From an uncultured Eubacteriales bacterium (GTDB taxonomy: Bacteria > Bacillota > Clostridia > Oscillospirales > Acutalibacteraceae), in contig CAKTDF010000002.1 of the NCBI GenBank assembly GCA_934541115.1, positions 20,630-84,629 of the forward strand: a stretch of DNA of 64,000 nucleotides, given 5' to 3'. The notes beneath the pieces were generated by a model. That model had not been told where the DNA came from. It did not search any database and saw only the letters and a program-made list of their open reading frames with translations. Position 1 is the stretch's first letter. Every line of letters starts with the position of its first letter. Shown piece after piece: positions 53,275 through 63,785 of this stretch. The translations under genes were made by a program, and so were the position numbers.

Positions 53275-55050
53275 ATGAATGAAAAAAACAATAATACTTC
53301 TCAACGGACAACAAAGCCTGCGATAAAGGCAAAAAAAGGACAAACGTTTTACTACAAAAAGAAAAAACCACCGAAGAAAAAAACTGAACCGCAAAAACCT
53401 ATCAAAATATCATTTCTCGGCGGAATAAATGAAGTCGGCAAAAATATGACTGTGTTTGAATATGACGGAGACATGATAATCGTCGATTGCGGACTTGCCT
53501 TTCCGGATGAGGATATGTTCGGAATCGATCTTGTTATTCCAGATTTCACCTATGTTCTCAGCAACGCAGACCGTCTTAAGGGTATTGTTATAACACACGG
53601 ACATGAAGACCACATTGGTTCTCTTGCATATCTATTGAGAAACCACAATGTTCCTGTTTACAGCACCAGACTTACCAACGGTCTTATTGAGGGCAAGCTT
53701 CGTGAGCACGGACTGCTTGAAGGCGCAAAGCTCAATGTTGCGGCTCCCGGTGACAAGATCAAACTCGGAGAATTTGAAGTTGAATTTATACATGTGAATC
53801 ACTCGATTCCAGACGCTGTGGGTTTTGCAATCAAGTGTGCAACCGGAACAATCGTACACACAGGCGACTTCAAAATCGACAGCACACCTGTTGATGGTGG
53901 TATGATCGATCTTGCACGCTTTGGTCAGCTTGGAAACGAGGGTGTCCTTTGTATGCTTTCAGATTCTACCAATGCCGAGCGCCCCGGTTTTACAGAAAGT
54001 GAGCATAAAGTCGGAGATTCATTTGAAATGCTTTTCAGAAAAGCCGGAGCACGACGGATAATCGTTGCGACGTTTGCCTCAAATATCCACCGAGTTCAGC
54101 AAATAATTGATGTTGCCCAAAGTCTTGGCAGAAAAGTTGCTCTTTCCGGCAGAAGTCTTGAAAACGTTGTTGCCGTCAGTCGTGAACTTGGTTACCTCAA
54201 GGTTCCGGACGGCGTAATAATTGATCTTAATCTTATTGACAAATACAGCGACCATGAACTTGTTTTAATAACCACCGGCAGTCAGGGCGAACCGATGTCG
54301 GCGCTGACTCGCATGGCGTTTTCCGATCACAGAAAGGTTGCCATAACCCCAAATGATTATGTAATTATCTCGGCAACGCCGATTCCCGGCAATGAAAAAA
54401 CCGTTAGCCGCGTTATCAACGAACTTATGAAGCTCGGTGCCGAAGTTGTCTATGAAAAAATGTATGATGTTCACGTTTCCGGTCATGCCTGCAGTGAGGA
54501 ACTGAAGCTCATGCTCGGAATTGTCAGACCAAAGTTTTTCATTCCCGTCCACGGCGAGCAAAAACACCTTCAAAAGCATGCGCGTCTTGCTGTTTCAATG
54601 GGATTTGACAATGAAAACATTGTAATTGTTGAAAACGGCGCGAGCTATGAACTTACTTCATCGAGTCTCAAAAAAGTTGCAAACGTTCCGGCAGGTCAGG
54701 TATTTGTTGACGGTCTCGGAGTAGGTGATGTGGGCAGTATCGTTATACGTGACAGAAAACATCTTGCCGAGGACGGAATCATAATTGTTGTTGCCGCAAT
54801 TGACAGCATCAGCCGCTCCATTGTTTCCGGTCCGGACGTTGTTTCGCGCGGATTTGTATTTGTGCGTGAATCCGAGGAACTGATTGAAGAAGCAAGAAAC
54901 ACTGCGGAGATGACAATCAACCGTTGCTTTGATAGAAATATCCGCGAGTGGGGAACTATTAAAAGCAGAGTACGCGACGATGTCTCAAAATTGATGTATG
55001 AACGTACAAAGCGCAGCCCGATGGTGCTGCCTATCCTTATGGAGATTTAA
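53275..55050 (+). CDS. rnj: Ribonuclease J (beta-CASP metallo-beta-lactamase) with Lys-rich N-terminal extension
   Basis: GGINEVGKNMTVFEY and HGHEDHIG, plus beta-CASP and C-terminal domains. No alternative start codon lies between 53275 and the conserved core. Confidence 0.93.
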   Translation: MNEKNNNTSQRTTKPAIKAKKGQTFYYKKKKPPKKKTEPQKPIKISFLGGINEVGKNMTVFEYDGDMIIVDCGLAFPDEDMFGIDLVIPDFTYVLSNADRLKGIVITHGHEDHIGSLAYLLRNHNVPVYSTRLTNGLIEGKLREHGLLEGAKLNVAAPGDKIKLGEFEVEFIHVNHSIPDAVGFAIKCATGTIVHTGDFKIDSTPVDGGMIDLARFGQLGNEGVLCMLSDSTNAERPGFTESEHKVGDSFEMLFRKAGARRIIVATFASNIHRVQQIIDVAQSLGRKVALSGRSLENVVAVSRELGYLKVPDGVIIDLNLIDKYSDHELVLITTGSQGEPMSALTRMAFSDHRKVAITPNDYVIISATPIPGNEKTVSRVINELMKLGAEVVYEKMYDVHVSGHACSEELKLMLGIVRPKFFIPVHGEQKHLQKHARLAVSMGFDNENIVIVENGASYELTSSSLKKVANVPAGQVFVDGLGVGDVGSIVIRDRKHLAEDGIIIVVAAIDSISRSIVSGPDVVSRGFVFVRESEELIEEARNTAEMTINRCFDRNIREWGTIKSRVRDDVSKLMYERTKRSPMVLPILMEI

Positions 55051-55051
55051 A

Positions 55052-57031
55052 ATGAAAAAGCTTTGGAAAAGGTTTGACACTTCCATAATTTCTTTTGTTT
55101 TCGCATTATTTTGCGTAACGGCAACGTTCTTTTATAATACCGTACTTGCAGTTTGCGAATGCGTTCTGTTTGTTCTGTTATTTTTGACAAAGTGGCTTTA
55201 TCAGAAACGCGTTAAGCAAAAGCTGCTTTATCAGGTCAGAACGGTTGCAGATGAGCTTGACTTTGAGCGCGGAGAGGCTTTTAAAAAGCTCACCGTTGCT
55301 TGCGCGGTAATAGAAAAGAGCGGTCAGCTTGTTTGGATAAATGAAAGTTTTAAGGAAACTTTTTCAATCAACGAAAAAACACCGGTTTGCTCAATTTCAA
55401 CCGTTTTAAACCGCGAAGGTAACATCGAACGTTTAATTGAGGGCAAAGGCTACCGTATACGAGTCGGTCAGAAGTATTTTGCCGTTTATTCAAGTGAAGC
55501 CGAGCTTGACAGTGATGAATTGTATCTTCTTTACTTTTTTGACGAGACAAAACTCAGAAAAACCGAGAAGGACTATTACGACTCAAGACCGTCAATTATG
55601 CTTTGCGTTATTGATAATGCGAATGAAGTGTATCAGACCTTTAAGGAGAGCGAGTGCGCCTCAATTTTCAGCCGTATAGAGCAGGCTATTGATTCATGGG
55701 CTGCATCGTACGGTGCTCTTTGCAGAAAGTACTCAAACAGTAGAATGCTGATTTTTGTTGAGGAACGCTCGCTCCAAAAAATGATTTCAGAAAAATTTGC
55801 AATTCTTGATACCATACGCAACATGAGTCATGACGGTAAGAACTGCGGTGTTACGCTCTCGATCGGGGTCGGCAAAGAATCTACGTTGATTGCTGCAAAT
55901 GATTCGGCAAAGCAAGCCCTTGATATGGCGCAAAGCCGCGGCGGCGACCAGGTTGCAATAAGACATGAAGCGCAGTATAAGTTTTACGGCGGCGTTTCTG
56001 CCGGTTTTGAAAAACGCAACAAGGTTAAAACACGCCTTATTTCAAAGTCAATTGCCTCCATAATCAACGATAGTGAAAATGTTTTGATTATGGGACACCG
56101 TTTTTCTGATTTTGACGCTTTCGGCGGTTCAGTCGGGATGTTTGCCATTGCCTCACATTTTCATAAAAAGGCAAATATTGTGATTGACAGACAGACGACA
56201 CTTGCCGGTCCTCTCGTTGATTCATTTCTTGAACATTATCCGTCAGATGTATTGGTCTCGCCGGAAAAGGCACGTTTTCTTATTAGTGAAAACACCTTGG
56301 TAATTGTTGTTGATACGCATAAAAAAGACTTTTCCGAAGCACCTGCCCTTTTGGACAAAGCAGAAAAGATCATGGTAATTGATCACCATAGAAAATCTGT
56401 AGGCTTTATTGAGAACACCGTAATGTTCTATCACGCACCGACAGCCTCATCTGCCTGTGAAATGATTGCAGAAATTTGCGAATATGTTGATACTTCGCCA
56501 TTTATAGACAGTATGACGGCACAAGCTCTTCTTGCAGGTATTATGCTTGATACCCGTAATTTTATTGTCAGAACCGGAGTGCGTACGTTTGAAGCTGCGG
56601 CGTATCTGCGCTCCAGAGCCGCAAGCACAATCGAGGCAAAAAAGCTGTTTTCGAATGATATGGGCATTTTCCACAAACGGAACGCTGTTATTGATAATTC
56701 ACACATTTACAACGGTATCTTTGCAATATCCGTTGCGGATTTTAAGGATAAGAATATTCGTTTGATAACGTCACAGGCTGCCGATGAGATGCTCAATGTT
56801 GAGGGAATAAAGGCTTCATTTGTTTTGTATGAAGCACCCGGTTTCGTGAATATTTCCGCCCGTTCTTACGGAGAGGTAAATGTTCAGATAATCATGGAGA
56901 TTCTCGGTGGCGGCGGTCATCAAACGATGTCGGCGTGTCAACTTGAGAACACGTCGATTGACGAAGCTGTTCGACGTTTAAAAAATGCAATTGATAAATA
57001 TTTAAGTGAAACCACGGAGGTAGCAAAATGA
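55052..57031 (+). CDS. gdpP: GdpP/YybT-type DHH/DHHA1 phosphodiesterase (cyclic-di-AMP phosphodiesterase family)
   Basis: Two N-terminal TM segments, a PAS-like region and a degenerate GGDEF region, then DHH ([14 protein letters not shown]) and DHHA1 (GGGHQTMSA). It sits upstream of rplI-dnaB, as in Bacillus. Confidence 0.88.
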   Translation: MKKLWKRFDTSIISFVFALFCVTATFFYNTVLAVCECVLFVLLFLTKWLYQKRVKQKLLYQVRTVADELDFERGEAFKKLTVACAVIEKSGQLVWINESFKETFSINEKTPVCSISTVLNREGNIERLIEGKGYRIRVGQKYFAVYSSEAELDSDELYLLYFFDETKLRKTEKDYYDSRPSIMLCVIDNANEVYQTFKESECASIFSRIEQAIDSWAASYGALCRKYSNSRMLIFVEERSLQKMISEKFAILDTIRNMSHDGKNCGVTLSIGVGKESTLIAANDSAKQALDMAQSRGGDQVAIRHEAQYKFYGGVSAGFEKRNKVKTRLISKSIASIINDSENVLIMGHRFSDFDAFGGSVGMFAIASHFHKKANIVIDRQTTLAGPLVDSFLEHYPSDVLVSPEKARFLISENTLVIVVDTHKKDFSEAPALLDKAEKIMVIDHHRKSVGFIENTVMFYHAPTASSACEMIAEICEYVDTSPFIDSMTAQALLAGIMLDTRNFIVRTGVRTFEAAAYLRSRAASTIEAKKLFSNDMGIFHKRNAVIDNSHIYNGIFAISVADFKDKNIRLITSQAADEMLNVEGIKASFVLYEAPGFVNISARSYGEVNVQIIMEILGGGGHQTMSACQLENTSIDEAVRRLKNAIDKYLSETTEVAK

Positions 57032-57468
57032 AAGTATTTTTGAAACAAGATGTTAAAGGGCTCGGAAAAAAAGGTGAACTTGTCAACACGTCTGACGGTT
57101 ATGCCAGAAACTTTCTTTTTCCAAAGGGACTTGCTTCCGAAGCGAATGCACAGGCAATGTCCGAGTTTAAGAATAAACAGCAAGCTGAAAAATATAGAAT
57201 CGATACTGAAACCGCAGCGGCAAAGGCGGCAGCCGAAAAGCTTTCGGGTAAGACTATCCGCATTTCCGCAAAAGCAGGACAAAACGGAAAGCTTTTTGGT
57301 TCAGTAACTTCAAAAGAAATTGCCGAGAAAGTTAAAGAGCAGTTCGGTATTGATGCAGACAAAAGAAAAATTGTTGTTGATGATATTAAGCAGTTTGGTA
57401 CTTATGAGTTTGAGGTCAAACTCTATCAGGGTATTTCAGCAAAACTTTTTGTAATGGTTGGTGAATGA
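57028..57468 (+). CDS. rplI: 50S ribosomal protein L9
   Basis: [36 protein letters not shown]. Confidence 0.97.
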   Translation: MKVFLKQDVKGLGKKGELVNTSDGYARNFLFPKGLASEANAQAMSEFKNKQQAEKYRIDTETAAAKAAAEKLSGKTIRISAKAGQNGKLFGSVTSKEIAEKVKEQFGIDADKRKIVVDDIKQFGTYEFEVKLYQGISAKLFVMVGE

Positions 57469-57469
57469 T

Positions 57470-58858
57470 ATGCCGTCACCCGGTAACATTATCAGCCTTG
57501 ATGATGTAAATATTCCATTCAGTCTTGAGGCTGAACAGGCCGTGCTCGGCAGTATTCTGAGCGAGCCGGAGTGTCTGTCTCAGGTTATGGTTATCATTAA
57601 GCCTGAATATTTCTATATGCCGGCGCATCGCTCTATTTTTCTCATTATGCAGGAAATTGACGCAGTTGGCGGCAAAATCGATCCTCTTATAGTACTTGAA
57701 CGCCTCAAAACAGAAAAAGTCTATGACGATGCCGGAGGTAAGAACTATCTCTATCAGCTTGCTCAGTCTGTTCCGTCAACCGAAAATGTTGAAAGCTACT
57801 GTAAAATTATCAGAGAAAAGTTTTACATACGCTCTCTCATAAATGTTTCAAAAGACATAATTGAAAGAGCCTCAGGTTCTGAGGATTCTGCCGAACTTCT
57901 TTTGAATTTTGCGGAACAAAAGATTTACGACATTCGTCAGGGCAAGGTTACAAAGGGACCTGCAAGGCTTGGTGATATAATTGTCACTGAGGTTTATCCG
58001 GAGCTTCAACAGCTCAGTTCGGCGGACAGGGACAAGTACAGAGGATACACAACGGGATTTGTTGACCTTGATAAAGCTATCACCGGACTGAATAAATCAG
58101 ACCTTGTAATTATCGGTGCACGTCCTGCAATGGGTAAAACGAGTCTTGCTTTGAATATTGCTCGCAACACTGCGATGATGGGCAAGAAAAAGGTTCTTTT
58201 CTTTTCCCTGGAAATGACAAAAAAGCAGCTTGCTCAGCGTGTGCTTGCGACAGAAGCAAGGATCGAGAGCACAAAGATGCGTACAGGAAACATCAGCGGG
58301 GAAGAATGGGGCAGACTCGCAACAGCCGCTGCCGTTTTAAGCAATTGTGATCTTTATTTTGATGATACCTCTGAAATGACTGTTCCGGAAATGAAATCAA
58401 GAATAAGACGTCTCAGAGATGTTGACGCTGTTTTTGTTGACTATCTTCAGCTCATGAAGAGCGGAACACGCACCGAAGGACGTGTTCAGGAGGTTTCGGA
58501 GATTACCAGAAACCTTAAGCTTATGGCAAAAGACTTGAACATTCCTGTTGTGGTTTTGGCTCAGCTTGCAAGACGTACTGAGGCGAGCGGCAAGTCTCAC
58601 AGACCTCAGCTCTCGGATTTGCGTGAATCCGGTTCAATTGAACAGGATGCGGATATTGTTATCATGCTGTACCGTGACGAGTATTATGCCGAGAACAATG
58701 GTGAAGATTCTCAGCCGCAGGAGGAAAAACCGGCAGTAAATGAGGCGGAATTTATAATTTCTAAAAACAGACACGGTCCTACAAATACTGTTAAGGTTGC
58801 ATGGAACGGTGATTATACATTGTTCACCAACTTGGAGACTCTGAGAAATGATATGTAA
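57470..58858 (+). CDS. dnaB: Replicative DNA helicase (DnaB family; DnaC in Bacillus nomenclature)
   Basis: PFSLEAEQAVLGS, Walker A GARPAMGKTS, and VDYLQLM ... SQLSR-type motifs. The ATG is at 57470. No intein-sized insertion is present. Confidence 0.95.
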   Translation: MPSPGNIISLDDVNIPFSLEAEQAVLGSILSEPECLSQVMVIIKPEYFYMPAHRSIFLIMQEIDAVGGKIDPLIVLERLKTEKVYDDAGGKNYLYQLAQSVPSTENVESYCKIIREKFYIRSLINVSKDIIERASGSEDSAELLLNFAEQKIYDIRQGKVTKGPARLGDIIVTEVYPELQQLSSADRDKYRGYTTGFVDLDKAITGLNKSDLVIIGARPAMGKTSLALNIARNTAMMGKKKVLFFSLEMTKKQLAQRVLATEARIESTKMRTGNISGEEWGRLATAAAVLSNCDLYFDDTSEMTVPEMKSRIRRLRDVDAVFVDYLQLMKSGTRTEGRVQEVSEITRNLKLMAKDLNIPVVVLAQLARRTEASGKSHRPQLSDLRESGSIEQDADIVIMLYRDEYYAENNGEDSQPQEEKPAVNEAEFIISKNRHGPTNTVKVAWNGDYTLFTNLETLRNDM

Positions 58859-60161
58859 GGTAAAGAAAACAATTGAACGCTTTTCAATGCTCACCGGGGT
58901 CAAGACTGTTGCCGTTGGTCTTTCCGGCGGGGCAGACTCAGTTTGTTTGTTTGATATTTTATACAAGCTTCAGAGCGAATACGGATTTGTGTTGAAAGCA
59001 GTCCATGTTAATCATAATCTTAGAGGAGAAGAGGCTCTTTCGGATTGCAGATTTGTTGAGAATCTTTGCAAAAGCAGGGGAGTTGAACTGAACATAGTTT
59101 CGGTTGATGTTGCCGATATTGCAAAGAAAAAAAAGCTTGGACTTGAAGAATGCGGCAGAATGATTCGATATGATGCATTTGAAAAAGTCGGTGCTGACAA
59201 AACAGCCGTTGCGCACACGCTTTCCGATTGTATTGAGACGTCGCTGTTTAATTTGGTTCGCGGTTCTTCGCTCACCGGCATTTGCCGAATTGCGCCCAAG
59301 AGAAATAACATAATCAGACCTTTGATTGACTGTTCACGTGATGAGGTGCTCAAATACTGCAAAGACAATTCTCTCGAATTTGTTACAGATTCAAGCAACC
59401 TCACCGATGAATATTCGCGCAACTTTCTGAGGCATAATGTCATTCCACAGTTAAAAAAGATAAATCCGGCGCTTGAACAAAGCTTTTTCCGCTTTTTTGA
59501 AAGCGTCGGAAACGATGAAGCTTATTTAAAAATGGCTGTCAAAGATGCACTTGAAAGCGCAAGACGCGAAAATGGATTTGACAGACAGTTATTGCTCACT
59601 CTTGACTGTTCGATATTAAACAGGTGTATTCGTGCCATGCTTGAAGAAAAAATGAAAAAACAGGTTGAGGCACGGCATATTTCACTTGTCTCGCAGGCAA
59701 TTAAGAATACAGGAAAAATTCGGATCTCCGAGGACTTGTATATTACGGTTTCATGTGATATAATTAGCTTTCAATTTTTAAAAAAAATGATTGAGCCATG
59801 GTCTGCAACTGTTGTGAACGGTGAATTTGTTTCTCCGTATAAGCGTTATAAGCTTACTTCAGAGAGCAAAGTTGCTGTTAAAGAGCCAAATGATTTGATT
59901 GATTCGCAGTGTCTTTCCGACAATTTGGTTTTAAGGAGCCGCAGACCTGGTGACACTTTTACAAGTGCGAAAAGAGGAAACACAAAGTCGTTGAAAAAAC
60001 TTTTTAACGAGCTGAAAATTCCGTTGGAAGAAAGAGAAAAACTTGCTGTTCTCGAAAGTGGCGGAATTGTCGTTTGGGTTGAACGTATTGGCACAAATAA
60101 GCCTTTCATTGTTACGGATAAAACCGCTAATCCGGTAAAAATAAAGATTAAGGAAGGATAG
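58848..60161 (+). CDS. tilS: tRNA(Ile)-lysidine synthase
   Basis: PP-loop VGLSGGADSV and HVNHNLRG. It is followed by hpt and ftsH, as in many Firmicutes. Confidence 0.92.
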   Translation: MICKVKKTIERFSMLTGVKTVAVGLSGGADSVCLFDILYKLQSEYGFVLKAVHVNHNLRGEEALSDCRFVENLCKSRGVELNIVSVDVADIAKKKKLGLEECGRMIRYDAFEKVGADKTAVAHTLSDCIETSLFNLVRGSSLTGICRIAPKRNNIIRPLIDCSRDEVLKYCKDNSLEFVTDSSNLTDEYSRNFLRHNVIPQLKKINPALEQSFFRFFESVGNDEAYLKMAVKDALESARRENGFDRQLLLTLDCSILNRCIRAMLEEKMKKQVEARHISLVSQAIKNTGKIRISEDLYITVSCDIISFQFLKKMIEPWSATVVNGEFVSPYKRYKLTSESKVAVKEPNDLIDSQCLSDNLVLRSRRPGDTFTSAKRGNTKSLKKLFNELKIPLEEREKLAVLESGGIVVWVERIGTNKPFIVTDKTANPVKIKIKEG

Positions 60162-60166
60162 ATTAT

Positions 60167-60721
60167 ATGCTTAACGATATTCAGGAAATCTTTTTTACAA
60201 AGGAACAGCTGAAAGAAATTACCGATAGAATAGGAGCGCAAATCAGTAAAGATTTTGACGGAAAAAAGCTTGTTCTTATAAGTGTTCTTAAAGGCTCGGT
60301 TATTTTTATGGCTGACCTCATGAGAGCTATAACGATTCCGTGTGAAATTGACTTTATTACCGCCGGAAGCTATGGCTCCGGTACACAATCGAAGGGCAGC
60401 GTTGATATACTGCGTGACATTTGCGGTGATATAACAGGCTGTGACATCCTTTTGGTTGAAGACATTTTTGACAGCGGCAGAACACTTCAACGCCTTTCTG
60501 ACTTGCTTGTTGAAAAGAATCCTGCAAGTATTACGCTTTGCACGCTCCTTGATAAGCCCGAAAGGCGTGACAAGAGTGTAAAGATCAAGCCGAAGTATAT
60601 AGGTGCAACCGTTGCCGATCAGTTTGTTGTTGGATACGGTTTGGACTTTAATCAAAAGTACCGCAATCTTCCTTTTATCGGTATTCTTAAGCCCGAAATC
60701 TATCGAAATGCTATCGGATAA
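60167..60721 (+). CDS. hpt: Hypoxanthine phosphoribosyltransferase
   Basis: PRPP loop ILLVEDIFDSGRTL, and GYGLD, in 184 aa. Confidence 0.95.
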   Translation: MLNDIQEIFFTKEQLKEITDRIGAQISKDFDGKKLVLISVLKGSVIFMADLMRAITIPCEIDFITAGSYGSGTQSKGSVDILRDICGDITGCDILLVEDIFDSGRTLQRLSDLLVEKNPASITLCTLLDKPERRDKSVKIKPKYIGATVADQFVVGYGLDFNQKYRNLPFIGILKPEIYRNAIG

Positions 60722-60791
60722 AATGTAATTGTACGGTCTTAATGACTTACATTTATCAGTATGAATTAAAAAGGAAAAGGAGCGTGATAGA

Positions 60792-62708
60792 TTGGATAAC
60801 AAGAATAGAAAGTGGGGCAATCTGCTTTATTTGTTGATTCCTGCCATCATGATTATCTTTATAATCTTTTTTTTGAACTCTCAAAACACAACAAAAATCA
60901 GGTATTATGAAATTGTCGATATGTTCAAGTCACATAAGGTATCGTCGTATTCAGTTAATCTTGGCAACGGCACTTTGATATACACCGTTCAGGGTGACAG
61001 TACCGAAAAAAAGTACACCCTGCCGAGCGTTGAATTGTTTCTCAATGACGTTCATGACGATGTTGTAAAATACAATGATGAAAACCCGGGAAACGAAATC
61101 AAATATGATTATAAAGCCGGATCCAATTCAACATGGTGGGCGAGTATGCTTCCGATTATTGTCAGCGGCGCTCTGCTTGCTGCTGTGATGATCTATTTCT
61201 ATCGCAAGATGGGACAGACAATAATGAGCGAAAATAATAAAACGCTCAGTTTCAGCAAAGCGAGAGTAACGCTCGGTAAGGATGCCAAGAAAAAAACAAC
61301 ATTCGATGATGTTGCAGGTGCTGACGAAGAAAAAGAAGAACTCAGCGAAATTGTTGAGTTTCTGAAAAGTCCGTCACGATTCAACGAACTCGGTGCAAGA
61401 ATACCAAAAGGTGTTTTGCTTGTCGGCCCTCCGGGTACGGGTAAAACCTTGCTTGCAAGAGCCGTAGCGGGAGAAGCCGGAGTTCCGTTCTTTTCAATTT
61501 CCGGTTCGGATTTTGTTGAGATGTACGTCGGCGTCGGTGCTTCAAGAGTTAGAGACCTCTTTGCCCAAGCAAAGAAAAACTCTCCGTCAATTCTTTTTAT
61601 AGATGAAATTGATGCTGTCGGTCGTCACCGCGGTGCCGGCATGGGCGGCGGTCATGATGAACGTGAACAAACGCTTAATCAGTTGCTTGTTGAAATGGAC
61701 GGCTTTGGAGCGAATGAGGGTGTAATTATCATCGCTGCAACCAACAGACCTGACATTCTTGATCCTGCACTTTTGAGACCCGGACGTTTTGACCGTCAGG
61801 TTACTGTCGGCTACCCCGACGTTAAAGGTAGAGAGGCTATTCTTAAAGTACATTCACGAAACAAGCCTCTCGGTCCGGACGTAAAGCTTGACGTCATCGC
61901 GCAGTCAACATCAGGTTTCACCGGTGCTGATCTTGAGAATCTTCTCAATGAAGCGGCGCTGCTTGCTGCGAGAAGAAAGAAAAAAGCGATAACTATGGCT
62001 GAGATTGAAGAAGCTACAATCAAGGTGGTTGTCGGTACGGAAAAGAAGTCTAAAAAAATCAGTGATAAGGAAAAGAAGTTGACTGCGTACCATGAATCCG
62101 GTCACGCAATTGCCACCTATAACCTTGAAAGTCAAGATCCGGTCCACCAGGTTTCCATTGTTCCCAGAGGAATGGCGGGCGGCTTTACAATGTCTCTGCC
62201 GACAGAGGAGCATTCATATAAAGCTAAAAATGATATGCTTGACGATATCGTAGTTCTTCTCGGAGGTCGTGTTGCTGAGGCACTTATCCTCGGTGACATT
62301 TCTACCGGTGCGTCTAATGATATTGAGCGTGCAACCGATATTGCGCGGGATATGGTCACAAGATACGGCATGAGTGATGTAATCGGTCCTGTTTCGTTCA
62401 GCTCCGGCAATCACGAAATTTTCCTCGGAAGAGATTATAACAATATGCATAATTATTCCGAAACACTTGCCACAGAGATTGACCAGGAAATCAATAAGAT
62501 TGTCAAGGATTCCTATTCCAGATGTGAATCTATACTCAAAAATAATATTGATAAGCTCCATGTTCTTGCGAAATACCTCATGAAACACGAAAAGATTGAC
62601 GGTGAGGATTTCAAAAAGCTCATGCTCGGAACGCTTGATGTTGAGACCGAACAAAATAGTTCAGAATCTGATTCGGTCGCTAATTCAACTGAAAGCAATG
62701 TAGATTGA
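60792..62708 (+). CDS. ftsH: ATP-dependent zinc metalloprotease FtsH
   Basis: TTG start 9 nt after AAGGAG. Two TM segments, Walker A GPPGTGKT, the SRH region, and the HESGHA zinc site. Confidence 0.96.
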   Translation: MDNKNRKWGNLLYLLIPAIMIIFIIFFLNSQNTTKIRYYEIVDMFKSHKVSSYSVNLGNGTLIYTVQGDSTEKKYTLPSVELFLNDVHDDVVKYNDENPGNEIKYDYKAGSNSTWWASMLPIIVSGALLAAVMIYFYRKMGQTIMSENNKTLSFSKARVTLGKDAKKKTTFDDVAGADEEKEELSEIVEFLKSPSRFNELGARIPKGVLLVGPPGTGKTLLARAVAGEAGVPFFSISGSDFVEMYVGVGASRVRDLFAQAKKNSPSILFIDEIDAVGRHRGAGMGGGHDEREQTLNQLLVEMDGFGANEGVIIIAATNRPDILDPALLRPGRFDRQVTVGYPDVKGREAILKVHSRNKPLGPDVKLDVIAQSTSGFTGADLENLLNEAALLAARRKKKAITMAEIEEATIKVVVGTEKKSKKISDKEKKLTAYHESGHAIATYNLESQDPVHQVSIVPRGMAGGFTMSLPTEEHSYKAKNDMLDDIVVLLGGRVAEALILGDISTGASNDIERATDIARDMVTRYGMSDVIGPVSFSSGNHEIFLGRDYNNMHNYSETLATEIDQEINKIVKDSYSRCESILKNNIDKLHVLAKYLMKHEKIDGEDFKKLMLGTLDVETEQNSSESDSVANSTESNVD

Positions 62709-62725
62709 CAACAATAAGAGCCAAG

Positions 62726-62762
62726 AAAAAACCGTTTTGCTTTGCAGGACGGTTTTTTTCTT
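62726..62762 (+). terminator. Rho-independent terminator after ftsH
   Basis: The stem AAAAAACCGT...ACGGTTTTTT runs into TTTTTTTCTTG. Confidence 0.8.
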
Positions 62763-62770
62763 GTTTTTTA

Positions 62771-62799
62771 TTGCTCATCTGCGCTTTTTATGATATAAT
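62771..62799 (+). promoter_or_regulatory. Sigma-A type promoter with extended -10
   Basis: TTGCTC (62771-62776), a 17-nt spacer, then TGaTATAAT (-10 at 62794-62799). Confidence 0.5.
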
Positions 62800-62847
62800 G
62801 TGTAAGTGTGTTTGTCACGTATTTCAGTTATAAATTCGGAGGATAAT

Positions 62848-63702
62848 ATGATTGAATATATAAAGGTTGTAATTATATCGCTTATCAGCGGACTTTTTGC
62901 CCCGCTTCAGTTTTCTCATTCTGCTGTGTATTCTTATCTTAGCTATATTCTTGATTTCAACCAAAATTCTTCACTTGGTGTATTTTATTATTCAATTGTT
63001 TCTATTGGTTTTTCGCTGGCAGTTTTCTTTTCACTGAGAAAGATTTATTTCAAAGGGATACGTGCTCTTTTTAGTGGAAAGAATTCAAAAATACAAAATC
63101 GCTCCGGCTACCGAAAGCTCATGCTGAACCTTCTTATTTCACTTTTCCCGGCAGCGGTCATGTCTGTACCGTATTCAAAAGACAAGATCCTTCTTGATAT
63201 TTTTAACGATCAGCTTGGCTCAACTCATCTGCTTGTCACCGCACTGTGCTGTGCAGGCAGCGGTATGTTTCTTTTGATTGCTCATTGGTACACAAAACAA
63301 AATTACGATCATACCAGACGTTCCGCCGACTTAAAAAACATTGTGCGCTTTTCAATCTACCAACTTCTTGCCTATTTTTTGCCGGGAGTTTCGTGTGTGT
63401 CTGTTGGTGCAACCGGTCTTTTGATTTCAGATGTTGATAATAGAGTAATCGTTCGTGAAATGCTCACCTATATCGCCCCGTCAATGCTTACTGTAAACAT
63501 TGTGAGACTTGTTCGCGTCTGCATAAGTGGAATCATTCCTAATCCGATTATGATTGTTCTTTGTGCAGTGATGGCCATTCTCGGTAGTGCACTTATGATA
63601 CGCTTGCTTTCAAAAATCGACTTCAAAAAAACCTGCATTTTTTTCAGCATTTTTTCAATTGTTTTCGGTATCGGAACGGCAGTAGTTCTCTTTGTTATCT
63701 GA
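62848..63702 (+). CDS. Polytopic membrane protein, BacA/UppP (undecaprenyl-diphosphatase)-like with degenerate catalytic motifs
   Basis: 284 aa with about 8 TM segments. SGLFAPLQFSHSAV lies where UppP has [14 protein letters not shown], and LPGVSCVSVGATG where UppP has PGxSRSGxT. GGAGGA RBS; ATG at 62848. Confidence 0.45.
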   Translation: MIEYIKVVIISLISGLFAPLQFSHSAVYSYLSYILDFNQNSSLGVFYYSIVSIGFSLAVFFSLRKIYFKGIRALFSGKNSKIQNRSGYRKLMLNLLISLFPAAVMSVPYSKDKILLDIFNDQLGSTHLLVTALCCAGSGMFLLIAHWYTKQNYDHTRRSADLKNIVRFSIYQLLAYFLPGVSCVSVGATGLLISDVDNRVIVREMLTYIAPSMLTVNIVRLVRVCISGIIPNPIMIVLCAVMAILGSALMIRLLSKIDFKKTCIFFSIFSIVFGIGTAVVLFVI

Positions 63703-63785
63703 TGCGATATTAACTTTTTTTGAAAACTTAAGCCGTCGGTTTCGAGCATTCGGGACGGCGGCAATATTTAACTGTGAGGTAAATA

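Noticed and set aside
59846-60820. A 324-aa minus-strand ORF, the longest unexplained ORF in the track. It spans the 3' end of tilS, all of hpt and the ftsH start.
   Set aside because: It is antisense to three genes with unmistakable family signatures (the tilS C-terminus, the hpt PRPP loop and the ftsH N-terminus). Its translation is low-complexity (rich in S/L/F/K/N), has no recognisable motif and has no RBS at 60820. It is best explained as a stop-free antisense frame of AT-rich coding DNA.
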